DNA of 60,176 bases from an uncultured virus (IMG/VR IMGVR_UViG_3300029258_002658) (IMGVR_UViG_3300029258_002658), one strand, 5' to 3'. Numbered from the stretch's first letter, positions 1-8,914 are shown. Program-made: numbers and translations. The notes: a model not told the origin generated them from the letters alone.

Positions 1-2
1 AT

Positions 3-161
3 TGGAACAACGGTAGCCGAACACCGAGTCCGTCCTCGGTACGGGCGCTCCAGGCTATTCTGTATCTCCTGCGTATGCCTCCCACTCCTTCCCTCCGGCG
101 GAGGGTTGTAGCGCGTGGGTGCAAAGCGGATGTAAACCGGGTATCACCCCCTGGCCACTGA
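3..161 (+). CDS. 3' end of a gene cut by the window edge, possibly XRE-type HTH protein
   Basis: Open frame WNNGSRTPSPSSVRALQAIL... ending TGA at 159-161; WxNGxRxP resembles the end of an XRE recognition helix. Confidence 0.3.
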   Translation, partial: WNNGSRTPSPSSVRALQAILYLLRMPPTPSLRRRVVARGCKADVNRVSPPGH

Positions 162-216
162 TTCGCAGGGACGGTAATCTAGGGCACCAGAACGTCCTTC
201 TACCAGGAGATCTGCG

Positions 217-2532
217 ATGAAGATTTGGACCCACTACATCCCAGGGCGGCACGACCGCAGTACGGCAGCTGCGTTGGCTCGTGAGGTCACGGCGGTCAAG
301 AGCGCCCAGAAGCTGCCGGACTATCCTCATTTCTACGTCCGGGCGGTGGTGTCCGATGCGGGGGGTCCGGACGGGCGGTTCTTGGTGTGGGCCAAGTCGC
401 CTATGACCGACACACAGATCCGGGGGGCGTGGAAGAAGAGCAGTCCCGTGGTAGCTACGCGGACGAAGCTGGCTTCGGTGCCCGCGACGGTCAAAGGCAA
501 CAAGCCCAAGAAGAAGGCGAAGCCGAAGAATAGTGGGGGCTCCAAGCCCAAAGCTAAGCCCAAGCCCAAAACCAGAGCCAAAACCACCGGAGCAGCGAAG
601 CCGAAGACCGCGAAGGAGAAACTTGCGGACCTTTGGGCCGGAGCCGAATGTACCCTCGATGGGGTTCCGGCGAAGATCCAGGGGCGCAAGCAGGGCTTCG
701 CTCATGTCTCGCAGCTGGAGGATCCAGGGGAGTCGGTGGAGTTCTCTTGGGAAGCGGTCAATCGTGTGATGACCGAAGGTGACGAGGCTTTCTCCTCGGG
801 CAAGACGAAGCCGAAGGCTAAGGCTAAAGCCAGGAAGAAGAAGAAGTCCACTGCCAAGAAGACTGCCAGCGCAAAGCCCAGGACGAAGAAGAAGGCGAAG
901 GCGAAGAAGGCCTCGAAGGCTACAGGAACGGTTTCCACCAAGAAGGTGAAGCGCAAGAAGGGCAGACGGCCTGGAGCCACGAAGAAGGGCAAGAAGACGG
1001 TGTCCGGAGGGACGCTCGCCTCCCGCCTCAACTGGCTAGACCGAGCCGAGATCCAGGAAATCCTGGAGCGGTGGGGTTTCGCAGTCTACGACTCGGAGTC
1101 CACTGACGACCTCCGCGAAGCGTTGCAGGAGAACATCGAAGACGGGACCATCCCTGAGGAGGAGATCGATACGGTCAGCGGTCCCATGGGTAAGAAGAAG
1201 AAGGCGAAGTCGAAGAAGGCGAAGGGTAAGAAAACGGTAAGCGGAAAGTCTTTCAAAGAGGGGGATCGAGTAAGGGTGGTGAGTCCAGCGGCGATGATCC
1301 TGAGCGGGATCCCTGAAGGGGCGGAGGGCATCGTACGGGCCATCGCAGGTGCCAGAGGCCGGTCGATCTACCCAGACCCGGCTAAGCGACTCGTTTATGT
1401 GGAATGGGACCAGTACCCCGGCAAGGCTATTGGCCGTGATGAGGTCGAGAAGATCGACAATGGCTCGGTAGGCCGGAGGATACCTCGCGTTAGCGTCGAT
1501 GTATTCGAGGACGGGCAGCCTGTACGTGGATCCAGGGACTTCACCCAGGCCTTCGATACCGTGGGGGCACTGCCTCCTGGGGGATGGAACGAAGGCTGTG
1601 GATACGAGACGCTGGCCGGTTGGCTTCACGCCAGCAACGACCGGTACTATGAGGCGCGTCGGCACATCGCTGATCTCGCTATGGATCGCGCCGAGGAATT
1701 GGCTGCCATCCAATACCCTCTCTCCGCCAAGGCCTCAATCAAGAAGGCTTCGCTTGCTCGTCTCCAACCTTTCATCACCGAGGGCAAGCACCGCATGAAG
1801 CGGACAGGTGAGGACGGGAAAGCGGAAGGGGAATGGTACGCCGTCGTGCGGACCATCCAGCAGAACATCCTCAGCAGTGAGATCGTCAAAGCCGGAGGCC
1901 GTACACCTCAGGAAGCGGACGTGCGGTGCGCTGGTCTCGACTTGGAGGGCGTGTCCCAGGCTCCATGTCCGGCCTACACCCCAGCTACGGCTGCGGGTCC
2001 GGCAGTGATTGCGGAAGTGGATGTGGACGAAGCCTACTCCGTAGGGGATGAAGATGACGTGGTGTACTACTCCGTCGTCCTCGGACCGGATGGGTACTAC
2101 TTGAGCGCGATCATCGACTCTACTACTGGGGCGTTCGTGGACTCCCTCGTCTCGGACGATGGGCCTTATACAACCGAGGAGGATGCCATCGAAGCGGGCC
2201 TCGACCTCGCTTTGGGATGGCTCTCTAGCAACGAAATCTTCGACTACGAGATCGACGCTCGCGTCGTGCAGGCTCTGGGTGCTGAGACGGTGTCCGGGTA
2301 TCGGCGGAAGAAGGGTACGCGCCCGAGGGGCATTGCGAAACGCAAGGGAGCCACGGCGAAGCCCAAACCTCGTACCCGTAGAAGATCTGCCCCTGCGGCT
2401 GTCCACCCCACCTTGCCGTGGGACGAAGACGAGGATGATCCTTTCGAGGTGCCTACACCTCGCCGCCGCCCAACAACGGCGGGACCGAAGGAAGGAAGCA
2501 ACTTCCCTGGTCTTTTCGATGACTTCGAGTAG
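217..2532 (+). CDS. Lys-rich multidomain protein with repeated TVSG linkers
   Basis: 771 aa ORF with AGGAG RBS; Lys/Ala-rich basic tracts alternate with small globular segments (one SH3/KOW-like: FKEGDRVRVV); TVSG occurs four times, plus TAAGP and TTAGP. Confidence 0.8.
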   Translation: MKIWTHYIPGRHDRSTAAALAREVTAVKSAQKLPDYPHFYVRAVVSDAGGPDGRFLVWAKSPMTDTQIRGAWKKSSPVVATRTKLASVPATVKGNKPKKKAKPKNSGGSKPKAKPKPKTRAKTTGAAKPKTAKEKLADLWAGAECTLDGVPAKIQGRKQGFAHVSQLEDPGESVEFSWEAVNRVMTEGDEAFSSGKTKPKAKAKARKKKKSTAKKTASAKPRTKKKAKAKKASKATGTVSTKKVKRKKGRRPGATKKGKKTVSGGTLASRLNWLDRAEIQEILERWGFAVYDSESTDDLREALQENIEDGTIPEEEIDTVSGPMGKKKKAKSKKAKGKKTVSGKSFKEGDRVRVVSPAAMILSGIPEGAEGIVRAIAGARGRSIYPDPAKRLVYVEWDQYPGKAIGRDEVEKIDNGSVGRRIPRVSVDVFEDGQPVRGSRDFTQAFDTVGALPPGGWNEGCGYETLAGWLHASNDRYYEARRHIADLAMDRAEELAAIQYPLSAKASIKKASLARLQPFITEGKHRMKRTGEDGKAEGEWYAVVRTIQQNILSSEIVKAGGRTPQEADVRCAGLDLEGVSQAPCPAYTPATAAGPAVIAEVDVDEAYSVGDEDDVVYYSVVLGPDGYYLSAIIDSTTGAFVDSLVSDDGPYTTEEDAIEAGLDLALGWLSSNEIFDYEIDARVVQALGAETVSGYRRKKGTRPRGIAKRKGATAKPKPRTRRRSAPAAVHPTLPWDEDEDDPFEVPTPRRRPTTAGPKEGSNFPGLFDDFE

Positions 2533-2557
2533 CAGCTGCTGACAGGATTCCCCACAT

Positions 2558-2582
2558 CAAGGTCCGGGTCCTCCGGGCCTTG
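2558..2582 (+). terminator. Hairpin after ORF 217-2532
   Basis: CAAGGTCCGG-GTCCT-CCGGGCCTTG inverted repeat; no strong U tract. Confidence 0.4.
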
Positions 2583-2592
2583 TGCATTTGGT

Positions 2593-2648
2593 GAAGAAAA
2601 AAAAATCCGCATATCCCCGTGTGTGACATCTACGTCACTGGATAGGGT
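2593..2648 (+). promoter_or_regulatory. Promoter-like motif copy with upstream A-tract
   Basis: A-tract followed by TACGTCACTGGATAGGG (2631-2647). Confidence 0.55.
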
Positions 2649-2731
2649 ACCGCGCTCGGAGACGGACCCTCCGACACGAGAATTGTTTTCGGTCCGTACC
2701 CTCTGTACCTGTTTGAGAAGGAGAGAGACCT

Positions 2732-3451
2732 ATGTGGCGGGTCGCACTTTGTGTTGCCGCGAGTGTCGAGGTCAGCCGCGAGAAGAAGATCCCGTTCATC
2801 CGCCTTCGTTTCGTGGACGAGGTGGGGGACGTGCTGTCGTGGGGGTGCTTCGTAAATGAACGCACCTCGACGGGGGACAAGTACTTCTCCGGTGGCCTCC
2901 ATCTCCTCGTCGCCATCATCAAGAGCCCGATGGCTGTGTACAACTACCTCACGGCTCGGAAGGCAGGCGACGAAAGCTGGCGCAAGCTACGGGACGATCT
3001 CTACGTGATCGTCCGCAAGGCTGCTGCCCAGTTCGAGGACGACAAGAAACGCGAGGCGGTGGTGAATGCCATTGAGAAGTACCTCGTGGGCAAGGCTTTC
3101 AACATCTGCTTCGCACCACCGGACGAACCGGGCGGTTTCGGGCAGTTGGTGAGCCCCGACGCAGGGATTGCCTTCCCTCCGAAGGAAATCGGGATGGAAC
3201 CCGAGGAGTGGATGGGCAAGCCTATCAAGGACGCCATCGAGCAGTACGGACAGTCCACCCGTAACGAAGCCATCGGAGACGAGATCATCGGGGATCTGCC
3301 GGATCTCGGGGACCTGTATATCCCCGGTGTGACGGACAAAGAGCCCGCGAAGCCGAAGCCCGCGCCCTCCGAGAAGGCCGAGGCCGCTCCTGCTGAAGGG
3401 GAAGGCCTGGAGGTGTTCGCTGAGGACGGGGACGAGGATCCGCCCTTCTAG
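2732..3451 (+). CDS. Probable single-stranded DNA-binding protein
   Basis: 239 aa; beta-rich N-terminus and acidic tail ending EDGDEDPPF, similar to the SSB C-terminal DDIPF motif; followed by a strong terminator. Confidence 0.45.
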   Translation: MWRVALCVAASVEVSREKKIPFIRLRFVDEVGDVLSWGCFVNERTSTGDKYFSGGLHLLVAIIKSPMAVYNYLTARKAGDESWRKLRDDLYVIVRKAAAQFEDDKKREAVVNAIEKYLVGKAFNICFAPPDEPGGFGQLVSPDAGIAFPPKEIGMEPEEWMGKPIKDAIEQYGQSTRNEAIGDEIIGDLPDLGDLYIPGVTDKEPAKPKPAPSEKAEAAPAEGEGLEVFAEDGDEDPPF

Positions 3452-3483
3452 CTGCCGACCCGCCACCATGTCGGCCAGAGCGG

Positions 3484-3525
3484 GGGAGGCCCGGAGCCAT
3501 TCGGTTCCGGGTCTCCCTTTTTTTT
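3484..3525 (+). terminator. Rho-independent terminator
   Basis: GGGAGGCCCGGAGCC-ATTC-GGTTCCGGGTCTCCC stem followed by T8. Confidence 0.9.
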
Positions 3526-3552
3526 ATGAGGATTTTGCGCTGGAATAGCTAA

Positions 3553-3580
3553 ATGTCCGAGGATACACCACTATACAGAG
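3553..3580 (+). promoter_or_regulatory. Promoter-like motif copy
   Basis: ATGTCCGAGGATACACCACTATACAGAG, nearly identical to 6053-6080. Confidence 0.7.
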
Positions 3581-3624
3581 AGTACCGATCCTGTATCGGT
3601 TGGCCTTACCTGGAGAAAAAGGAC

Positions 3625-3835
3625 ATGGATCATCCGCCCGTAGGTGAGCGTATCTACCTCAAACGCGCCGTAGAGCGATTCCCTCATTTTGTGGCTCCCG
3701 CAGGAGCCCAAGGTCACAGAGTGTAGGGAAGACCATTTCGAGGTCCATTTGGAAGCATTGAACCAGGACGTGATGTGGACCAACGATCAGTTGGCCCTTG
3801 TCACGGATGATGTGGGTGTCATCCCAGCACGGTAG
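3625..3835 (+). pseudogene. Frameshifted small SH3-like gene
   Basis: RBS, then MDHPPVGERIYLKRAVERFPHFVAPAGAQG; continues in the +1 frame as VTECREDHFEVHLEALNQDVMW... to TAG 3833-3835. Confidence 0.55.
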
Positions 3836-3844
3836 GAGCAGTAT

Positions 3845-4831
3845 ATGGGCAGCAAGCAGCAACCAATCCGGTTCCTACACGAACGGTTAGAGGCCGCTTT
3901 CGCTGGACAGTCCGTCGAGCAGCAGCTGGCCGTTCACCACGCGGCTTACGAAACCGAGGATCCGCATCGGGCCGTAAACACGAACCTCGCGATGCTGAAC
4001 ACGTTCATCTCATGCGGAGCGTTTCGCGGGACTCAGGATCTGCCGGTGGCTCGGTATGTCGTGGCCGATGCCCTTTACCAGGCCATGCTTGAAACGGAGC
4101 CTCCACGCGGATTGGACGACTGCGATCTCATGCTACCGGAAGGGGCTATCCTGGTTCGTTGGCCCAACGGTGAGGAGACGTACGCCGCTACCTACCAGCG
4201 GTTCGTTCTATGGACCGTAGAGTACTTCCCGCCAACGGCTGTGGAGAAGTGGTCGCGGATGCCTGTGTGGATGGATATGCAGCGCCCGGACTTGGTTCTC
4301 TGGCACCAGTTCGCCACTGGCACTGGATCCCGGCGCAAGGTGTTCGAGCAGATGGCTCAGCGAGGGCGGAGGCCCTCCCCTCGTGACGACGGTTTCTACT
4401 ACGAATCGTGGTACGGATCGCTCGACGGTGATGCCCCAGCTTTCAGTACCCCGAGCGAGATGGAAGAGGTAGAGGCAAGACGCGCTCTCCTCCAGACGCT
4501 CTTGGTCTACCTCACAACCGGTGAGAAGGTAGACGCGGTCCGTACGGACTTTCAGAAGCCTCCGAAGAAGAAGGGGAAGAAAGAGAGGCCTCCTCGGTGG
4601 CTCAACTATGTCCACCTGGGATCTCGTACTCGGTACCTCTCCCACGAAGAGGTAGCGGAAAGGGAACGCCGCGCAGGCCGTAAACTAGACCACCGTGTCC
4701 GCGTTCGAGGGCACTATCGGAGCCAAGCCCACGGCCCGAAGCACAGCCTCCGCAAGTGGATCTGGATTGCGCCTCACTACCGGGGCACTGACGGTGCGTT
4801 CATCGACCGGGTGATCCGCCTCGACCTCTAG
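3845..4831 (+). CDS. Phage-type hypothetical protein
   Basis: 328 aa with AGGAG RBS; C-terminal VRGHYRSQAHG...RKWIWIAPHYRG motif, recalled from uncharacterised phage proteins. Confidence 0.75.
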   Translation: MGSKQQPIRFLHERLEAAFAGQSVEQQLAVHHAAYETEDPHRAVNTNLAMLNTFISCGAFRGTQDLPVARYVVADALYQAMLETEPPRGLDDCDLMLPEGAILVRWPNGEETYAATYQRFVLWTVEYFPPTAVEKWSRMPVWMDMQRPDLVLWHQFATGTGSRRKVFEQMAQRGRRPSPRDDGFYYESWYGSLDGDAPAFSTPSEMEEVEARRALLQTLLVYLTTGEKVDAVRTDFQKPPKKKGKKERPPRWLNYVHLGSRTRYLSHEEVAERERRAGRKLDHRVRVRGHYRSQAHGPKHSLRKWIWIAPHYRGTDGAFIDRVIRLDL

Positions 4832-5292
4832 GTCAGCCTCTGTTGGAGGAGGTAGAGGTTCACCTGATGGTTGTCCGCAAGGGTCTGGAAGAGGTTCGCT
4901 ACGCCGGGGTTGGGGACCTCCTGCTCGAAAAGGCGAATCGCCTCCCCGAGCCGCTCCTGCAACCTAAGTTCAAGGCCCAGCAGGAAGCGAAGGTAGCTCT
5001 CGACGCCAGCCCCGAACTTGCGTTTGCCGATAGTGGCATTCACGCCCTCTGCTACTTCCCGAGGGGCCAAGGGGTGTTCAGGGTAGATACCCTGCAACCG
5101 TTCCATCACACCATCGATCTCCAGGATTGGGCCGCAGCAGTTGTCTTCACCTTCCCCCAGGTAAAGCCTCTGGAGCAAGGCGTGGTCCCCAGCGAAGTTC
5201 GGGCCATCCGCTTGGATATGGGCGTGGTGGTAAACGAGGTTCAGAGTCCGCAGGATGGCAATGACATCCACAAAGGCCTTACGCTCTTCCAT
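4828..5292 (-). CDS. Dps/ferritin-like helical-bundle protein
   Basis: YHHAHIQADGPNFAGDHALLQRLY...EIDGVMER resembles the Dps HWnv.GpnF..lH.lf..ly...D.iaER pattern; GGAGG RBS before ATG at 5292. Confidence 0.7.
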   Translation of the reverse strand: MEERKAFVDVIAILRTLNLVYHHAHIQADGPNFAGDHALLQRLYLGEGEDNCCGPILEIDGVMERLQGIYPEHPLAPREVAEGVNATIGKRKFGAGVESYLRFLLGLELRLQERLGEAIRLFEQEVPNPGVANLFQTLADNHQVNLYLLQQRLT

Positions 5293-5322
5293 AGTATCCT
5301 CCAGGTCAGGATCCATCTGAGC

Positions 5323-5339
5323 TACACCACTATACGACC
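5323..5339 (+). promoter_or_regulatory. Promoter-like motif copy
   Basis: TACACCACTATACGACC in the divergent intergenic region. Confidence 0.55.
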
Positions 5340-5399
5340 TTCTCGGAAGGACCAGTAGTCTCGGCCCCTCTTGTTTTATCGACTCCACGGTATACACCT

Positions 5400-5597
5400 A
5401 TGGCCTCCGTGAAATCGCCACCCTACGGGAGGCTCTCGAAACCTTCGAAAGTGAGTTGGGGACATCAGATCACCCAAACCAAAGCAGCTTCCATTGACCC
5501 TAGCCTTTTAGGGGAGGCATTCGGAGAAGAGGTGGCCAGAGACTTCAGCGCCCTTCGACGTAACGGTTTCCGGTTCTACTTCATGCCGAACTACTAA
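5400..5597 (+). CDS. Small hypothetical protein
   Basis: 65 aa ORF downstream of a promoter motif. Confidence 0.4.
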   Translation: MASVKSPPYGRLSKPSKVSWGHQITQTKAASIDPSLLGEAFGEEVARDFSALRRNGFRFYFMPNY

Positions 5598-5609
5598 CGG
5601 GAGGGGCGG

Positions 5610-6020
5610 ATGGTTCGCTGGTTCTTGCGACATGCGCGGCTGGAAGGCCTTGCGAAGCTGGTTCGGGATACTCAATTCCAACAGCCGTTTATGCTCCGGC
5701 ACCTGATGGTACGGCTCACAAAAAGCCGGTCCTCTGCAATGATATTCGTTGGGCTCTTCGGTGCTTTATCGGCTTACAACTTGTGGTCCGTGGTGATGTT
5801 TGCAGGATCTGTGTCAGGGGTTGCTCTGAGGCTCCCGGCTTTGATCCTCACCAGTGCAATGCTGGTGTACCACGTTATCGGTTGGAAAGCAGCGGGACGG
5901 CTACGAGACGAGTGTGCGGTCCGGTGGGTGAACGCAGTAGAGCGATACACTGCGTTGTTTTCTAGTGGGGTGATCTCCGAGGAGCAGCTTGCTGTCTGTA
6001 TCAACGGACCAAGATCGTAG
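5610..6020 (+). CDS. Hypothetical membrane protein
   Basis: 136 aa; two hydrophobic segments; GGAGG RBS. Confidence 0.6.
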   Translation: MVRWFLRHARLEGLAKLVRDTQFQQPFMLRHLMVRLTKSRSSAMIFVGLFGALSAYNLWSVVMFAGSVSGVALRLPALILTSAMLVYHVIGWKAAGRLRDECAVRWVNAVERYTALFSSGVISEEQLAVCINGPRS

Positions 6021-6026
6021 GGGCTC

Positions 6027-6080
6027 GAAAGAAAAAGTGCGCGATTGGGCAGATGTCCGAGGATACGTCACTATATAGAG
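6027..6080 (+). promoter_or_regulatory. Promoter-like motif copy with A-tract
   Basis: GAAAGAAAAAG followed by ATGTCCGAGGATACGTCACTATATAGAG. Confidence 0.7.
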
Positions 6081-6130
6081 GGTGCGCCGGGACTTCCTCG
6101 GCGCGAGTCCTCGAACATGGAGCCCTACCC

Positions 6131-6433
6131 ATGAGCGACAACGGAAACGGCGATACGCGGGTGATCGACATCATGCCCGTAGCACTCAAGGACCAGCAGA
6201 ACGCGGCAAGGTCCTTGGCGATCTGTGATGCTATCGACAAAGCCAAGACTCGGTTCTTCGAGGTGCTTACCTTGGAGTGGGAGTCTGTTAGGGCCACTCT
6301 CCAGGCCTCGGAAGATCCCGAGGTACGGGAGACGGCAGAGGCCGCGCAGCGTGTCCTCCTGGAAATGCGGGAGTACCAGGAAGATCTCGTGCGCCTCCTC
6401 TCCGGGCAAGAGACTTCGCACTCGTATGAGTAG
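6131..6433 (+). CDS. Hypothetical helical protein
   Basis: ATG at 6131 after GGAG; lies downstream of a promoter motif. Confidence 0.6.
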   Translation: MSDNGNGDTRVIDIMPVALKDQQNAARSLAICDAIDKAKTRFFEVLTLEWESVRATLQASEDPEVRETAEAAQRVLLEMREYQEDLVRLLSGQETSHSYE

Positions 6434-6469
6434 CTTCCCTGTTCAACTCCTCTACCTGAAGAGTCGCTG

Positions 6470-7051
6470 ATGTCCGTTACTGTACAGTATTTCCGTTCCA
6501 ACGGCGGTCCCGAGGAACTGATGGTGTCGCGGGAGGAAACACCTTTCGATGCCGTTCTCCAGATGGTGGTGTATGAACTGGGGTATGGAGGGACTCCGTC
6601 CATCACGTCGCCTACAGAGATTCAGGTCCGCACCAACGTACTGAACTGCCGTGACCGGTCGGTGTTCCGGGGGACACCTTCCGACCTGAGGCCGCTCATG
6701 GAGGCACTGGTCTACTGGTATCACCCAGAGATCCGGGGCAAGCGCGAAGTCGCCACGGAGGTCGTCGCAGAAGCCGCTAGCCGTTTGGGTTGGAAGACGA
6801 TCCTCCAAGCGAACCTGGGACCGATCATGGTAGGTCGGAGTACCGTCGTAGTTGTGCTGGCGTGTGTTATGGGGCCGGACTGCTTCGACCGAGATCCGGA
6901 GGCTTTGGCAGATATCGTCCAGAGGGGGCTCTGTTCCTCTTCGACAAGGGACTTCGAGGCTGCGCTGTCCCTAGCCTACGAAGAGGAATCCAGCCTGTGG
7001 GACGTGCTGGAGGCCCTAGACCTTGCGAAGGCCCCTCCTGTTGGGGCCTAG
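6470..7051 (+). CDS. Hypothetical protein
   Basis: 193 aa ORF tiling with its neighbours. Confidence 0.6.
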   Translation: MSVTVQYFRSNGGPEELMVSREETPFDAVLQMVVYELGYGGTPSITSPTEIQVRTNVLNCRDRSVFRGTPSDLRPLMEALVYWYHPEIRGKREVATEVVAEAASRLGWKTILQANLGPIMVGRSTVVVVLACVMGPDCFDRDPEALADIVQRGLCSSSTRDFEAALSLAYEEESSLWDVLEALDLAKAPPVGA

Positions 7052-7060
7052 CAGAGCCAG

Positions 7061-7125
7061 AGAAAAAAAAATCTGAGAAAAACGTCGATCCTGTCAGGAG
7101 TCTGCGGATACACCACTATATAGGG
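7061..7125 (+). promoter_or_regulatory. Promoter-like motif copy with A-tracts
   Basis: Two A-tracts followed by GGATACACCACTATATAGGG. Confidence 0.7.
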
Positions 7126-7142
7126 TGAGCCGATTGGCTCGA

Positions 7143-7200
7143 CCTTCGGATGCCTGAGCGCCCCAGCGACTCCGAAGGCCCACAAGGGCGCAACGAGGAG
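7143..7200 (+). ncRNA. Pseudoknotted 5' leader element, copy A
   Basis: Stem CCTTCGGA/TCCGAAGG; inner stem CTG/CAG; loop GCGCCC pairs with GGGCGC (7186-7191); covaries with copy B. Confidence 0.65.
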
Positions 7201-7207
7201 AGATGCG

Positions 7208-7387
7208 ATGGAAACGGCAATGCCGAAGCTGGTGTTGAAGGCCCAGACGGAAACGCACCGCTGCGAAGACTGCGGTGCGGATGGTGCGTCCGACGATTGG
7301 GAATGCTGGGAAGGTACCTTCCTCTGCCTGGAGTGCTACGAAGCCCGTGTGGCTCGCATGAAGCGCGTCCCGCCGGAGTGGCTGTAG
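7208..7387 (+). CDS. Small Zn-finger protein (59 aa, not in the supplied ORF track)
   Basis: GAGGAG RBS; METAMPKLVLKAQTETHRCEDCG...FLCLECYEARVARMKRVPPEWL; two CxxC motifs. Confidence 0.7.
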   Translation: METAMPKLVLKAQTETHRCEDCGADGASDDWECWEGTFLCLECYEARVARMKRVPPEWL

Positions 7388-7455
7388 CTATAAGTCCCTT
7401 ATGGTCTCCGGAGGGCGAAGGTCGGGGACACTGCGTTTTCTACGCAGTTGCGTAA

Positions 7456-7520
7456 GCCTCCGGAGCCTGATGCTCCCCAGTGACCCGGAGGCCGGTTTAG
7501 GGAGCAACGAAAGATGCGGT
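7456..7520 (+). ncRNA. Pseudoknotted 5' leader element, copy B
   Basis: Stem GCCTCCGG/CCGGAGGC; inner stem CTG/CAG; loop TGCTCCC pairs with GGGAGCA (7500-7506). Confidence 0.65.
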
Positions 7521-7928
7521 ATGAGCGACGTTACCCATAACCACCTTGTCGAATCTGAGTGCAACGGCGTCTGCAAAGAGGTGGGCCGTTACACAAGCGG
7601 AGACTGCCAATGGATCGTCTGGCGGTGCGAACACTGCCTCGCAGAGATCCACGCCCCGTCGTTGGCGACCTATCGTCACGATTGGGCCTCGCAGCGTAAG
7701 CCGGAGAATCCCTACCTGATCCTTGGGGCCATCCTCCAGTTGGCTAGCGAAGTGGAGGCCGATGACGATGCTTGTGACGCGGAGAACCGCATCTTCGAAA
7801 TCCTCCATCACAACCTGGGCTGGGATTGGGAGAACGACGAATCCTGGGATCCAGTAGGGGCCAAGATGACCTCGGAAGAGATCGCCAGAGCCGGTGTTTT
7901 GAAGGCCGCACAAATCCTTCTCGGATAA
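7521..7928 (+). CDS. Hypothetical protein with Cys motifs
   Basis: ATG at 7521 directly after leader copy B; CNGVC and CEHC. Confidence 0.6.
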   Translation: MSDVTHNHLVESECNGVCKEVGRYTSGDCQWIVWRCEHCLAEIHAPSLATYRHDWASQRKPENPYLILGAILQLASEVEADDDACDAENRIFEILHHNLGWDWENDESWDPVGAKMTSEEIARAGVLKAAQILLG

Positions 7929-7946
7929 GGATGGAGAGAACCAACT

Positions 7947-8558
7947 ATGCAACCAAACAATGCCTTACATGTAACCCTGCGTTCTGGGGTTCGGTGTGCT
8001 ACCGGTGAGATCGACATTTCCGAGGCGAAGGTAGAAGACCAGCGGTTCCTCACCTGGGAGGCTTTTCAAGCCGCTTACAAGGACTGCGACCTTCTCTACG
8101 CAGAGATCGAAGAGGATCTCGACAGTACGGAGAGGTCCCACAGTCTGCTTAGCGATACCGAATCGCTAGAAGTAGAGGAGATCGGCATCATCGAGAGGCT
8201 GGAGCAACACGAAGACGGCGACACAACTCTTTGCGAGGCCTGTGGCCGTGAGATCGCTCTCGGAGAGATGGTCCGCACACACGTTGCTTGGGGGCCTTGC
8301 ACTGCGACGTTCGGCTCTTGCTGTTGCCCGGTTCTGAAGGCGCAGGCGGTGAGCGCCTGTGCAGGGTGTGGCACAACAACCCGGACGCTGCATCACGCCG
8401 TCCCCTATGATGAGGACGAAGTCTACTGGGTAGAGGTTCCGGGCGATTTTGGGGCCTACTTCTGTAGGTTGTGCCTCGCGAAACGCAACCCGCATACGCC
8501 GCCTCACCCGGATCGGCTGCAATCCTGGCCTGACCAGGAAGCGCATCGGCAACCTTAA
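7947..8558 (+). CDS. Cys-rich Zn-finger hypothetical protein
   Basis: GGAG RBS; CEAC, CAGC, CRLC. Confidence 0.65.
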   Translation: MQPNNALHVTLRSGVRCATGEIDISEAKVEDQRFLTWEAFQAAYKDCDLLYAEIEEDLDSTERSHSLLSDTESLEVEEIGIIERLEQHEDGDTTLCEACGREIALGEMVRTHVAWGPCTATFGSCCCPVLKAQAVSACAGCGTTTRTLHHAVPYDEDEVYWVEVPGDFGAYFCRLCLAKRNPHTPPHPDRLQSWPDQEAHRQP

Positions 8559-8576
8559 TCCTGAAGGGGGAAGACG

Positions 8577-8819
8577 ATGAAAATCGATATCTCTGAACTG
8601 ACCTTCCATGTCCCACCCGAGTGCCAGGGACAGATACAAGTGGTGTCATACGCCTACGCCCCGGACGCGGGGATCGTGGAGCGTGTGGTAGACCGCAGCA
8701 GCCCGTTCGACACGCCATCGTACACGCTGTACGAGGATCCAGACCCGGAAAGCGATTTCGATCCCTGGAACGGATCGCCCCTCCTGGGTGATGAAATCTC
8801 GGATGTAGAGTTTTCCTAG
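8577..8819 (+). CDS. Small acidic hypothetical protein
   Basis: 80 aa ORF with purine-rich RBS. Confidence 0.6.
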   Translation: MKIDISELTFHVPPECQGQIQVVSYAYAPDAGIVERVVDRSSPFDTPSYTLYEDPDPESDFDPWNGSPLLGDEISDVEFS

Positions 8820-8914
8820 GTCTACCCTCCATTAACTACAAGCCCCGCCCGGAGGCTTCTATCTGTTCGTTCGTTTTCCCTAGGGGCCAGCCCCGCAGCC
8901 TGAAAGGCACTATC

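Noticed and set aside
7456..7515. CTGATG...GAAA suggesting a hammerhead ribozyme
   Set aside because: The core is CTGATGC rather than CUGANGA, copy A lacks GAAA, and the three-stem junction cannot be built.
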